Positions 28,317 through 37,757 of a stretch of 64,000 nt of DNA are shown here, one piece after another (position 1 is the first letter of the stretch; each line of letters starts with the position of its first letter). The translations under genes were made by a program, and so were the position numbers. The notes under the pieces were generated by a model. It had not been told where the DNA came from. It saw only the letters and a list, made by a program, of their open reading frames with translations, and made no database searches. The DNA is from Abditibacterium sp. (lineage in GTDB: Bacteria > Armatimonadota > Abditibacteriia > Abditibacteriales > Abditibacteriaceae). Where the stretch lies: positions 1,152,001 through 1,216,000 of the forward strand of contig OZ251992.1 in the NCBI GenBank assembly GCA_965246885.1. The letters run 5' to 3'.

Positions 28317-29012
28317 TTAAATCTCCGTTGCAAACGCCCGCACCACACTTGCCCGCAGCGCGCCCACCGTCTCCTCAAGCGGGGCGGGCGGCGCAAAGAC
28401 CGCTGACCCCGCCACCAGAATATCGGCGCCCGCGCGCACTAATTCCTCCGCATTAGCCGCCGACACGCCGCCGTCCACTTGGATGTAGAAGGCCAAGCCG
28501 CGCTCCTCGCGCATCCGTGCGAGGTCTCGGATTTTGGGCAGGGCAAGGGGCAGGAACTTCTGCCCGCCAAAGCCGGGGTTGACGCTCATAATCAACACGT
28601 AGTCGAGGTCGGGCAGTATCCACTCCAAGCAATCGAGCGGCGTCGCGGGGTTGAGCACCGCGCCCGCAAGCGCGCCGCCCGACTTAATGGCGTGCACCAA
28701 GCGGTGCAAATGCGGCTGGCACTCGGCATGAACGCTGATGCTGTTGGCGCCCGCGTCGAGAAATTCCGGGATGCGCTCGGCGGGGTTAGCGACCATCAAG
28801 TGCGCGTCGAAGTGCAAGTCGCTGTGGGCGCGGAACGCGTGGAGGAACAGCGCGCCGAAGGAGAGGTTGGGCACGAAGTGCCCGTCCATCGCGTCGAAGT
28901 GGAGCCACCCGGCGCCCAAGCGTTTGAGTTCCTCGACTTGTTCGCCCGCGCGCGTCCAATCGGCGGACAGGAGGGAGGGCGCAAGCAAGACATCGGCGGC
29001 AGATCGGTTCAT
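28317..29012 (-). CDS. rpe: Ribulose-phosphate 3-epimerase
   Basis: APSLLSAD, HFDAMDGHFVPN, DAHLMV, MSVNPGFGGQKF, VDGG. Confidence 0.97.
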   Translation of the reverse strand: MNRSAADVLLAPSLLSADWTRAGEQVEELKRLGAGWLHFDAMDGHFVPNLSFGALFLHAFRAHSDLHFDAHLMVANPAERIPEFLDAGANSISVHAECQPHLHRLVHAIKSGGALAGAVLNPATPLDCLEWILPDLDYVLIMSVNPGFGGQKFLPLALPKIRDLARMREERGLAFYIQVDGGVSAANAEELVRAGADILVAGSAVFAPPAPLEETVGALRASVVRAFATEI

Positions 29013-29105
29013 CGGCGCTTCAGTTTGCGCCGTTGCGCCGCCTTTGGCCAAAAGAACGCTTATCCTTCTCCCCGCCCGCGCTTTCGATGCTCGCGGGCTG
29101 CCTTC

Positions 29106-30650
29106 ATGCTTTTTGTCCGCCGCCTTTACCTGCCGCTGTTGCTATTGCTTTGCGCCCTGTGGTCGTTGGTTCCGCTCGATGGCGGCGACGACTTCTGGGC
29201 GCACGCGGCCATCGGGCGCATTTTTTGGGAAACCGGCCACATCCCGCGCAGCACGGTGTTCCTGTGGAGCGACAACGTGCCTTGGGTGTTCCACGATTAC
29301 GGGTCGGGCATCCTCTACGCGCTTCTGCTGCGCGTCGGCGGCCCTTGGCTGGCGCTGTGCCTCAACTTCGCCCTCGCCGCCATCCCGCTCGTGCTCATCT
29401 GGCGGCATGCCAAAGCGCGCGCGGGGGAAGTGCCACTTTTGCTTGTCGCCCTGTTTGTACCCGCGCTGTGGTTCTGCTCTGTGCGTTGGCGTCTGCGACC
29501 CGAAGGGTTTACCGTCCTGTTCCTCACTCTCTTGCTGCTTTTTATCGCTCAGGAGAAGCGCCCCAAATGGCAGTATGCCGCCGTCGCCGGAATGTTCGCG
29601 CTGTGGCCCAACCTGCACGGCGGCATGATCATCGGCATCATGGTGTTGTGGGTGGCGGCCTTGCTCGAAAGCGCGGGGTGGCTGTTCAAGAGCGGCACGG
29701 CGCCGGAAGTCGAGCCGTCCGTTTTTGACCCTAAACCCGCTTCCCCCGCGCTCCTCTTGGCGTTGGCGGCGGTGTGCTCTCTCTTGCCGTTCGTGTGCAA
29801 CCCTTGGGGCTGGCATTACATTTCCATCTACGCGGGGACGGAAGCGACTTCCAACCACATCGCCGAGTGGCGCCATTTCTGGGCGTATCCGGCGATGAAC
29901 ATGGAAGTCGCGTGGGGCGTGTGCATCCTATGGTCCGTCGCCTTCGCCGTGTGGTGCCTCGACTGCGAGCGGCGCGTGGCGCTGGGCGGCGCCCTCTTGT
30001 TGTTGGGCGCGCTGTGGATACAAGCGCGCCGCCAGATGTGGCTCACCAGTGTCACCAGCTTGGTCGTCCTCGCCCAAAGCGCGCCGCTTTTAGGGGGCGA
30101 GCGGCTATATCGCGCTTTGAAACGCGGACGCGAAGCGCGCTTGGACGGGCCGATGCGCCTTATCGCGCACGTGGGCGTTTTGGTCATCCTCGTCTCCGCG
30201 TGTTTTGTCGCCGCGCCCTCGCACGGTCTGCGCGCCGTCGCCAAGACCACGCCAGTTAATATGAGCCGCTTCCTCTTGTCCCCCGCCGCGCCCAAAGGCC
30301 GCACTTTCAACGACTACGAATACTCGGCGGCCTTGGAGTGGTTCCTGCACGGCAAGCGGCTCCTCTACATAGACCTCATCAACGCCTATCACCCCAAGGT
30401 CTTCGACGACTGGTTCTTGGTCGCGCACGGCACGCCGGAGGGAATCAAGTTGCTCGATACGTGGAAGGTAGATGTCGTCGTGCTGCGCCCCATCAACGAG
30501 CGCGCCACCGACGACCCCATTTACCAGTTCTCCCGCTACATCGCCAAAGCGCCCGCGTGGACACTGATTTATAGAGGCACCGATGGCCGCGTCTGGGCGC
30601 GCAAGAAGAGATACAACGTGATAGACGCGCCGCCCAAGGGGACTGGTTAA
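29106..30650 (+). CDS. Multi-pass membrane protein, possibly a GT-C-fold glycosyltransferase
   Basis: About 12 TM segments; DDFWAH..GR after TM1, RLRPE, WPNLHGG, NPWG, IAEW; soluble C-terminal domain. Confidence 0.65.
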   Translation: MLFVRRLYLPLLLLLCALWSLVPLDGGDDFWAHAAIGRIFWETGHIPRSTVFLWSDNVPWVFHDYGSGILYALLLRVGGPWLALCLNFALAAIPLVLIWRHAKARAGEVPLLLVALFVPALWFCSVRWRLRPEGFTVLFLTLLLLFIAQEKRPKWQYAAVAGMFALWPNLHGGMIIGIMVLWVAALLESAGWLFKSGTAPEVEPSVFDPKPASPALLLALAAVCSLLPFVCNPWGWHYISIYAGTEATSNHIAEWRHFWAYPAMNMEVAWGVCILWSVAFAVWCLDCERRVALGGALLLLGALWIQARRQMWLTSVTSLVVLAQSAPLLGGERLYRALKRGREARLDGPMRLIAHVGVLVILVSACFVAAPSHGLRAVAKTTPVNMSRFLLSPAAPKGRTFNDYEYSAALEWFLHGKRLLYIDLINAYHPKVFDDWFLVAHGTPEGIKLLDTWKVDVVVLRPINERATDDPIYQFSRYIAKAPAWTLIYRGTDGRVWARKKRYNVIDAPPKGTG

Positions 30651-30661
30651 AGCGCCCTCGC

Positions 30662-33600
30662 TCACGTCAATACCCACTCCCGCTCCACGCTCCCCGTCGT
30701 CGCGTTCCACATCGCCACGCGCCCCAAGTCGTCCCACAACAGCCACGCCCCCTCGTCCATCTCCCGCGCCGCGATGCGCGCCGCCCCCGCGAAGCGCAGC
30801 CGCGCCGTGATTTTCATGGATTGCCAAAACAGCAGCGACGCGACCGGCCCCTCCGCGTCGCGCCAGAGGAGCAGGGCAAAGCCGTCCTTCGTGCTCAGAT
30901 GCACCCCGTCCAGCGCGACGGCGCCCCGTTCCACCGAATACGGCGCCCTCTGCGGTGCCCACATCAAGTGGCTTTGCCCCTGCGCGTCAACTTCCACGCC
31001 CGCGATAATTTGCAGCCCTCCATGCGAAAGGAAGCGCGCCCACGTCGGCTCCATGTCGGGTGGGAACTCCTTCGGCGTCTGGCGTTGGCGCAATACGAGC
31101 GCGGGCAACTCGAAGCGCCACGACTCGAAGGTGGGTGGGGCGGGTGGCAACCCCAATATCCCCGTGTTGCGGTCATTGTCGGCTGTTTCCCTCCATACCA
31201 ACGCCGCGAGTGACGTGCGCCCAATCGCCAGTTGGCGGATGTGCCCACCCGTATCGCCGCAGTCCCATAGTGAAGCGGGCGCGTTGGCGGCAGTGTCGAG
31301 GGCGCGCACGCGGCCTTGGCTCGCCACCATCCACAGCGCTCCGTCGTAAGCGGGCGCGACGCAATCCGCGCGCACGTCGGCCCAGAACACCGCTTTGCGG
31401 TTGGTGAGATCGAGCCGCGACACGCGCAGCGAATCATCGCGCCGTGCCAGTAGCAGCGCGCGGGGTGCGTCGAAGGCGCGCACTATCTGGTGGCACGGCA
31501 CGTCGAAGTGCGCTTTCGTCCGCCCGTCGCGCGTCAGCCAGCGCGCGCCCAGTTCCCCCAACGCGACCAGCAACTCCCCGTTCGGCAGGGCCACCGCGTC
31601 GCGCGCTATCAGGGTGCCCCGGCTCCCGCGCAGCGTCAGTTCCAAGGGCGAGCCGTCGGACGGAAACGCGGGAAGCGCGGCAACGGGCGCGGGCCATTTG
31701 ACATCGGCGCGCAGGATGCCGTCGCCCGCAAGGGCCAGCAACGCTTCCCACGCTACCTTCTCGATTCCCCCGCGCCCTCCGGCGCCGTCCCGCAACAGCG
31801 CCCGCACCGTTCCCCGCGCGGCGACGGCAAAGACCGGCTCCGCCGTTTTGTGCGTCACTAACTCGCGCGCCAACGCCGCGCGCCCGCGCGCGCCTTCCTC
31901 GCCGTCGAAGCGCCACAGCGCTTGCAGAAGCGTCTCCCACTCGTCCCACGCCCCCGGCTCCAAGGCGAGCGCCCGCGCCACCAAGCGGGGCGACGGCTCT
32001 TCCGCCAACCCCAAACGCAACCACTTGAGGGCCAAGGCGCGCGCCGACGGGACGGGCCAAACGGCCTCGACTGCGCTCTCGAAGCGGCCCATGCCCGCCA
32101 GATGCTGACCCCACAGGAGGCGCAACTTCTGGGCGTCGTCGCGGTGCTTCTGGTCGCGTTCCAAGCGCGTGACGGCATCGGCGAACGCGCCGCGCAAGCG
32201 GGCAATCTGAACCGCGCGCTCATGGTTGCCCGCCAGCCACCACGCCCGCACCACGATTCCCGGCGCCAGTTCCCGCCCTTCGGCCAAGCGCGCCGCCAGT
32301 TCCATCTGGCCCGCTTCTTCGAGGAACGCCACCGCTTCCGCGACGTTTTGGAGTAGCTCCGCAAGCACGAACGCCGCTTTCTGCCAGTCGCCCGCCGCCT
32401 TCAACTTCTCGAAAGCGTTCCGATAAAGCCCGCGCAGCTTCGCCTCGATCTCCGGCCCGAAGTTCAGCGACCCGCTCGTCGGCAGATTGGCAAACGACAG
32501 CCCCAACTCGCCCCGCGCCGATGGCAACCCCAGCGCGGGCGGCGGCGTCCACAGGCCCTCCGACTTGCCCCCAAGGGCGATGGCGCTTCGCAGTGCCGCT
32601 TCCAAGTCGCCGCGCTCGAAGAGTTCCATCGAGCGCAACAAGTAACGCGCCTGCGCGCGTCCCAAGCGCTTGAACAGCCCGCTTTGCATCGCCCCGCGCG
32701 CCAACAGGCGCCGCCACGCGTCCATTAGGTCGTCGTGCTCTTTGGGCTTGGTTGGCCCCGTGCCCGCCTTGCGTTTGCTCAGGCGCTCGCGCAGCCAGCG
32801 CGCGAAGCGCCCCTCGCCCTTGGCACCCGTCGTGCCCGATGGGGGAGGGGCAGGCGCTCCCGATACCGGAACCGGCACATTCTGGCGTCCCACCAAGCGG
32901 CCCAGTAGGTTCATGCGCCGCCCGATATGCAGCGCAATAACGAGGAACAGAAACGCCCCGTTGAGCGCGTCCGGGTTCCTGACTGACGCGAGCACCACGC
33001 CCAACCCAACGAGCGCCAGTGCCGCCCAGCGCACGCGATCCGACACAAAGAGCGGCGGTATCTTGCGCGCCGGGTTAGACTCTGGCGGTGCTGCGCGCCG
33101 CCAGAGGGCGGTCGCAACGCCGAGGGCCATTACCACCGCGAGCACGCTCCCTGCCGACACCGGCGCCGCCGTTGGCGCCAGCGTCATCGCCAGAAAAAAT
33201 AGCAGCGCCCCGCCCAGCACGAGCGCCGCCGCGAGCACAATCGCCCCGTCCGACGCCACGATCTTTCCTTCCACTTCCTGCGGCGGCGTGAAGAAGCGGC
33301 CCCATTGGTGCAGCCAAAACCCCGGCGCGAAGTCGCGGAGCAGAGCGCCCTTTTCGCCGCGCTCCCAGATGGTCTGCCATTTTACTTCCGGTGCCCCGAT
33401 GCCAAGCTCGCCGCGCACATCGAGCGCGAGCGGCGCCATCGCCGTTGGAATCAGTGGCACCTCACCCAGCGCCGCCGTTTCGGGCGCTTCCCACGCGCCC
33501 ACATCGAGCCAACTGGAAACATCCACCGTTCGCCCATCCTCCAGCGCATGCCAATCGCCGCCCTCGACCACCCACACGCCCGCGCCCAGTTCTGTTGCTT

Positions 33601-33868
33601 CGCCCGCTTCCAACGGAGCCGCGAGCAACCGCCCACCGTCGCGCACGAACGGCAGCGCGGGCGCGCTTTGCACCCGCACCGGTTCGGGCGACGGCAGATG
33701 CAACACGTGTCCCCACGCGAACTCTTCCAAGCGCGCGCCGCTTTGCCACAGCGCCCACACCTTTGGGCGCAAGGCCGCGTCATCCACGAGGGCGCGCGGA
33801 AACCCCCACGCCGCCACTTCCACTATGCCCCGAAACGCCAACCGGCGCGGGGCGAGCAATGTTGGCAT
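30662..33868 (-). CDS. bpX6-like protein of a MoxR-vWA-beta-propeller ternary conflict system
   Basis: N-terminal PRR..FRGIVEVAA...W..GARL...PALP; central LGRAQARYL..MELFE.GDL.AALR.AI.L and AAFVLAELL; TPR-like helices; C-terminal beta-propeller-like region (DAVALPNGELLVALGELG). Family recognised from memory. Confidence 0.7.
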   Translation of the reverse strand: MPTLLAPRRLAFRGIVEVAAWGFPRALVDDAALRPKVWALWQSGARLEEFAWGHVLHLPSPEPVRVQSAPALPFVRDGGRLLAAPLEAGEATELGAGVWVVEGGDWHALEDGRTVDVSSWLDVGAWEAPETAALGEVPLIPTAMAPLALDVRGELGIGAPEVKWQTIWERGEKGALLRDFAPGFWLHQWGRFFTPPQEVEGKIVASDGAIVLAAALVLGGALLFFLAMTLAPTAAPVSAGSVLAVVMALGVATALWRRAAPPESNPARKIPPLFVSDRVRWAALALVGLGVVLASVRNPDALNGAFLFLVIALHIGRRMNLLGRLVGRQNVPVPVSGAPAPPPSGTTGAKGEGRFARWLRERLSKRKAGTGPTKPKEHDDLMDAWRRLLARGAMQSGLFKRLGRAQARYLLRSMELFERGDLEAALRSAIALGGKSEGLWTPPPALGLPSARGELGLSFANLPTSGSLNFGPEIEAKLRGLYRNAFEKLKAAGDWQKAAFVLAELLQNVAEAVAFLEEAGQMELAARLAEGRELAPGIVVRAWWLAGNHERAVQIARLRGAFADAVTRLERDQKHRDDAQKLRLLWGQHLAGMGRFESAVEAVWPVPSARALALKWLRLGLAEEPSPRLVARALALEPGAWDEWETLLQALWRFDGEEGARGRAALARELVTHKTAEPVFAVAARGTVRALLRDGAGGRGGIEKVAWEALLALAGDGILRADVKWPAPVAALPAFPSDGSPLELTLRGSRGTLIARDAVALPNGELLVALGELGARWLTRDGRTKAHFDVPCHQIVRAFDAPRALLLARRDDSLRVSRLDLTNRKAVFWADVRADCVAPAYDGALWMVASQGRVRALDTAANAPASLWDCGDTGGHIRQLAIGRTSLAALVWRETADNDRNTGILGLPPAPPTFESWRFELPALVLRQRQTPKEFPPDMEPTWARFLSHGGLQIIAGVEVDAQGQSHLMWAPQRAPYSVERGAVALDGVHLSTKDGFALLLWRDAEGPVASLLFWQSMKITARLRFAGAARIAAREMDEGAWLLWDDLGRVAMWNATTGSVEREWVLT

Positions 33869-33896
33869 AGGAAAAGTGTGGCGCGATAACTTGTTT

Positions 33897-33951
33897 GGAG
33901 TGCGCCCGTCAGGGCGTTGTCTCGAATCAACCGCCCTGACGGGCGCACTCC
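33897..33951. repeat. Inverted repeat (20-bp perfect arms), REP-like
   Basis: ggagtgcgcccgtcagggcg (33897-33916) / cgccctgacgggcgcactcc (33932-33951). Confidence 0.85.
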
Positions 33952-33956
33952 GAACA

Positions 33957-35003
33957 TCAAAACCTAACCTGCGCCACCACCATCCGGTGGTCGGACGCAC
34001 CCATCGGCGCAACTTGCACTGTTTGGGCACGGACGCCGCGCGTCCAGATGTAGTCAATGCGCAACAGCGGGAATTTGGCCGGGAACGATAACCCCAAGCC
34101 GCTCCCCGCCCGCGCGAAGCCGTCGTCCAAACGCCCGCGCAGGTGACGATACAAGAGGCCGCGCGGCGGGGTATTGAAGTCGCCGCACAAGAGGAGCGGG
34201 GTGGTGGGGTCGGCATCGAGGGCGGCGTCGAGCGGGCCGATTTGCTCCAACCGCGCGCCTGCCGCTTGGCGCGCGTTGGGGATGATCTCACGTATCTGAG
34301 CGCGCAAGCCGCGATAAGGCGCTTGCCCGGCGAAAGAGGTCGAGATGTGCGTGGTCAACACGCGGAGCGGGCCGTGTGGGGTCGTGAGGCGCACTTCCAA
34401 CGTGCGCCGTCCGCCGCGCAAAGCGAAAGAGCGGTTGGACGCGATGGGAAAGCGCGACAGGATGCACACGTCGCCCGCGCTTGCGCTGTGCCAGCCGGGG
34501 AAGAAGCGCGCGATGGGGCGGGCGACGCTGTCTTCCCCGGCGTGGTCGAGGGGAAAGCAGACCTGCGCTTCTTGCAGGCAGATGATGTCGGGCCGCGCGC
34601 GCTCGATGTCGCTCGCCAGTTCCGCCGCCAAGCGCGTGCGCCGCCCCACGTTGTATGTCACGATGCGGAGCGCGCGCGGGGTGCGCTCCTCGCCAAGGGT
34701 CGGGTGCCAGTGCAACCCCAAAAGGGCGCTCGCCCAAAACGCGAGCAGGGCGCCGCTCCATAGCGCCCATCGAAAGCGCCGACCTCGCAACGCCGCCAAC
34801 CCGCACAACGCGGGCAGTAGTCCCCAGAGGTGCTGCGGGCAATACGCGAGAAGTGCCGTCGGCCCAGTGCGTTCGCCGACGAAATTCTCGCCGACCCACA
34901 GCGCCAGCAGACCCGCGCCCGTCCATAAACTCCACGCGCGTAATCTGTCGCGCCGTTTGGCGGGGGCAGTGGGACGGGCGGCGCGCGACGGAAGAAAAGG
35001 CAC
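33957..35003 (-). CDS. Membrane-anchored endonuclease/exonuclease/phosphatase (EEP) family protein
   Basis: TM N-terminus, TYNV, DIICLQE, LSRFPI, CGDFNTP, RIDYIW, SDHR; GTG start estimated. Confidence 0.9.
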   Translation of the reverse strand: MPFLPSRAARPTAPAKRRDRLRAWSLWTGAGLLALWVGENFVGERTGPTALLAYCPQHLWGLLPALCGLAALRGRRFRWALWSGALLAFWASALLGLHWHPTLGEERTPRALRIVTYNVGRRTRLAAELASDIERARPDIICLQEAQVCFPLDHAGEDSVARPIARFFPGWHSASAGDVCILSRFPIASNRSFALRGGRRTLEVRLTTPHGPLRVLTTHISTSFAGQAPYRGLRAQIREIIPNARQAAGARLEQIGPLDAALDADPTTPLLLCGDFNTPPRGLLYRHLRGRLDDGFARAGSGLGLSFPAKFPLLRIDYIWTRGVRAQTVQVAPMGASDHRMVVAQVRF

Positions 35004-35024
35004 CCTTTTATTTTGGCGGTGACG

Positions 35025-35173
35025 CGATGACAGACGTCTGTCGGCCAGTGGCGCACGTCTGGGAACGAATGACACAGGCGCGCCAACGAAAGAATTAAGC
35101 GCGCCAATGGATGACAGGTATACGGGAATGGAAGAATTAATCGCGCCGATAGATGACAGGTATACGGGAATGG
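35025..35173. repeat. 21-bp-period array ending in a 42-bp direct repeat
   Basis: aagaattaagcgcgccaatggatgacaggtatacgggaatgg (35090-35131) and aagaattaatcgcgccgatagatgacaggtatacgggaatgg (35132-35173), 3 mismatches; degenerate 21-mers precede it. Confidence 0.8.
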
Positions 35174-35252
35174 TTCTCCGTCGTTTGTTGAAGAATCCCC
35201 GACATTGGGCGCGGGGCGCGCGAAGGCTTAGACTGCGCGCACGCTGTTTCCG

Positions 35253-36902
35253 ATGTCCCGTTTGTTTCTTGTCAACGTCGAAGCGCCCGAAATTCGCGTG
35301 GCCGAAGTGCGCGATGGGCGTTTGTTCGACCTCGACATCGAGCGGGACACCCGACTGCTCGGCTCGATTTTCAAGGGCCGCGTCGAAAACATCGTTCCGG
35401 GCATGGACGCGGCGTTTGTAGATATCGGCCTCAAGCGCAACGCTCTGCTGTATGTGGGCGACGTGATTGGCGGGGAGCGCGGCGCTTCGATTGCGGCGCT
35501 GCTCAAGCCCAACCAAGAGCTATTGGTGCAAATCGCGCGGCCTCCCGTTGGAAGCAAGGGCGCGCGCGTCACGACGCGGCTCTCGCTTCCCGGTCGCACT
35601 TCGATTTTGGTCATTGGGAGCGACACGGTGGGCGTCTCGAAGCGCATCGAAGCCGATGAAGAGCGGGCGCGCTTGCGTCGCATTGCCGACCGCTTGCGGC
35701 CCCTCGATCACGGCCTGATTCTGCGCACGGAAGCCGAGGGCGCAACGGAAGCGCAAATCGCCGCCGATTTGAATACCCTCTCGCGCGGTTTGGTGGCGCT
35801 GGTGGCCAAGGGGCGCGACCAAAACGCGCCCTCGCTCATCCACGAAGATTTGGGATTGTTGGGCCGCATCGCGCGTGACCGCTTGGCCGAGGATGTGGCG
35901 GCGGTGATCATTGATTCGCGCGCCGTGTATGAAGCGTTCGCGGCGCAAGTGCGCGCTTTTTCGCCCTCGCTGGCGCGGCTGGTGCAATTGTATCCCGACG
36001 CGACGCCTTTGTTCGAGCGCTACGGCGTCGCGGACGATGTGAAGGTGGCAGGCGAGCGGTTCGTGCCACTTGCGGGCGGCGGTTCGCTCGCCATAGACGA
36101 AGCCGAAGCGCTGACGGCCATAGATGTCAACTCCGGCTCGCACGTGTCGAAAAAGGGACTCAACGATACGGCGGTGCAGGTGAACTTGGGCGCGGTGGAC
36201 GAGATCGCGCGCCAACTGCGCCTACGCGATTTGGGCGGAGTGGTCGTGGTGGACTTCATTGACATGGAGCGCACCCGCGACCGCGTGCGCGTGCTCAACG
36301 CCCTCGAAGCGGCGCTCAAAGAAGACCGGGGCCGGACGCGCATCGTGCAGATTTCGCCGTCGGGCTTGGTTGAAATGACGCGCCGCCGCGAAGGGCAATC
36401 GCTGTCGAAGACCTTGGGCGAGCCGTGCCCGCGCTGCGATGGGACGGGTTTGGTGCCTAAAGCGGAAACCTTGGGAGTTGAGGCGCGCCGCCACGTGCGG
36501 CAGATGGCGCTCGAAAACGTTGGGACGGGCATCCTCATCCTCGCTCACCCCGAAACCGCGTGCGCGATTCTGGGCGAAGATGGCGAGTGGCTGGCCGGCT
36601 TGGAACATGAAACGGGTGCCCGCATCCGTTTGCGCGTGGACGAAGAACGCGCACCGGAAGCGGTCGCCTTTGAGCGCATTTTGCCGTCAGTTCTGCTCGC
36701 CCGCGACCTGAGCGTGGGCGCGCTCCTCGTGCTGAATCTGCGCTGGCCGTTTTATCCGCGCGACCTGCCACGCTATGCGGTGTTGGGCGAAACCCTCGTG
36801 GCGCTCGAACCCATTCCCGATGCGCACGAAGGGACGATGCTGGTGGAAATCGAGGAAGTGGGGCGCCACTTCGCGCGCGGAAAGGTGGCGCCGGGGAAGT
36901 AG
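35253..36902 (+). CDS. rng: Rne/Rng family ribonuclease (RNase G-like)
   Basis: GSIFKGRV..IVPGMDAAFVDIG, KGARVT, EALTAIDVNSG, EIARQLRLRDLGG..VVDFIDM, GLVEMTRRR, CPRC.G.G. Confidence 0.93.
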   Translation: MSRLFLVNVEAPEIRVAEVRDGRLFDLDIERDTRLLGSIFKGRVENIVPGMDAAFVDIGLKRNALLYVGDVIGGERGASIAALLKPNQELLVQIARPPVGSKGARVTTRLSLPGRTSILVIGSDTVGVSKRIEADEERARLRRIADRLRPLDHGLILRTEAEGATEAQIAADLNTLSRGLVALVAKGRDQNAPSLIHEDLGLLGRIARDRLAEDVAAVIIDSRAVYEAFAAQVRAFSPSLARLVQLYPDATPLFERYGVADDVKVAGERFVPLAGGGSLAIDEAEALTAIDVNSGSHVSKKGLNDTAVQVNLGAVDEIARQLRLRDLGGVVVVDFIDMERTRDRVRVLNALEAALKEDRGRTRIVQISPSGLVEMTRRREGQSLSKTLGEPCPRCDGTGLVPKAETLGVEARRHVRQMALENVGTGILILAHPETACAILGEDGEWLAGLEHETGARIRLRVDEERAPEAVAFERILPSVLLARDLSVGALLVLNLRWPFYPRDLPRYAVLGETLVALEPIPDAHEGTMLVEIEEVGRHFARGKVAPGK

Positions 36903-36933
36903 AAGGAGCGAGCGGCGAAAACCTCGCAAGTAG

Positions 36934-37045
36934 AGAGAGCGACTCAAGTCGCAGCCAGCAAGGTCGTCGGCCTTCGCCGACGAGTTTTATGCACTCCGTC
37001 GGCGAAGGCCGACGACCTTGCTGGCTGCGACTTGAGTCGCTCTCT
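36934..37045. repeat. REP-like long inverted repeat, family B copy 1
   Basis: Perfect 49-bp arms (36934-36982 / 36997-37045) containing gcgactcaagtcgc and cgtcggccttcgccgacg; related copy at 51340-51448. Confidence 0.9.
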
Positions 37046-37046
37046 A

Positions 37047-37727
37047 ATGAACGAATTTTCTTTGTCGCTGCTGGGTGATTCGCAGTTTGCGCGCTGGGGG
37101 CAGTGCCGCGAGCTAACGACCGAACTGACGCGGCTGTATGGGCGCTCGACGTTTGAGTTGGTCAACTACGGCTTGGAAGGGGCGCGCGTGGGCAATGCGC
37201 TCTTCCGCATTTGCGCGCCCTACGAAAGCGGCGGTCAAACGCTGCCGCCCCTGTCGTTTTCCAATCCGACGATCGTGATTTTGGAATCGTGCGCGCACTC
37301 GCAGTTTTGGGACGGGCCGGAGGGGTTGTCCGAATACCGCGACTTGCTGCGCCGCGCGTGGGAGGAGGTGGGGCGCACCACGACGGCCAAAGTCCTCTTT
37401 TGCCTGAGCGCCGCGCCGCCGCGAGACCGCTTCTTGGAAGGAAGCCCCTTGTTCGTCAATACCAGCAAGGCGACGCGCGCGCGCCACGCGGACGGCGTGA
37501 AGATGTATCTGGACGAAGCCCGCGCCATTGCGCACGACGAGGGCTGGCCGCTCGCGGACATCGGCGCGGAGATAGACAAGCGCGTCAAAGCCGGGGAATC
37601 GGTGCGCCGCTTTTGGGAGCAACACGAAGGAACAAGCCTGTCGCGCTATGGCTTCGAGGCCGCCGCCCGCGCTTTGGTGAGGGAACTGGACAACCACCGT
37701 TTTATCGAAGAACGGATGCAGAAGTAA
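37047..37727 (+). CDS. SGNH/GDSL hydrolase-like protein, degenerate
   Basis: LLGDS block I and VNYGLEG block II; no DxxH block V (EGTSL instead). Confidence 0.55.
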   Translation: MNEFSLSLLGDSQFARWGQCRELTTELTRLYGRSTFELVNYGLEGARVGNALFRICAPYESGGQTLPPLSFSNPTIVILESCAHSQFWDGPEGLSEYRDLLRRAWEEVGRTTTAKVLFCLSAAPPRDRFLEGSPLFVNTSKATRARHADGVKMYLDEARAIAHDEGWPLADIGAEIDKRVKAGESVRRFWEQHEGTSLSRYGFEAAARALVRELDNHRFIEERMQK

Positions 37728-37757
37728 GTCTTGGCGACGCGGCTTAAACTCCCGGTT

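Noticed and set aside
28479..29105. N-terminal extension of the 723-aa ORF
   Set aside because: Antisense to rpe; the membrane protein starts at 29106. The same applies to extensions of the ORFs at 39099, 45151, 52070 and 35516.
33869..34291. N-terminal extension of the 1209-aa ORF
   Set aside because: It overlaps the EEP gene and crosses a hairpin; recognisable sequence begins at ATG 33868.
35090..35173. Mini-CRISPR from alternating 21-mers
   Set aside because: The would-be spacers are near-identical to each other; it is a 42-bp tandem duplication.
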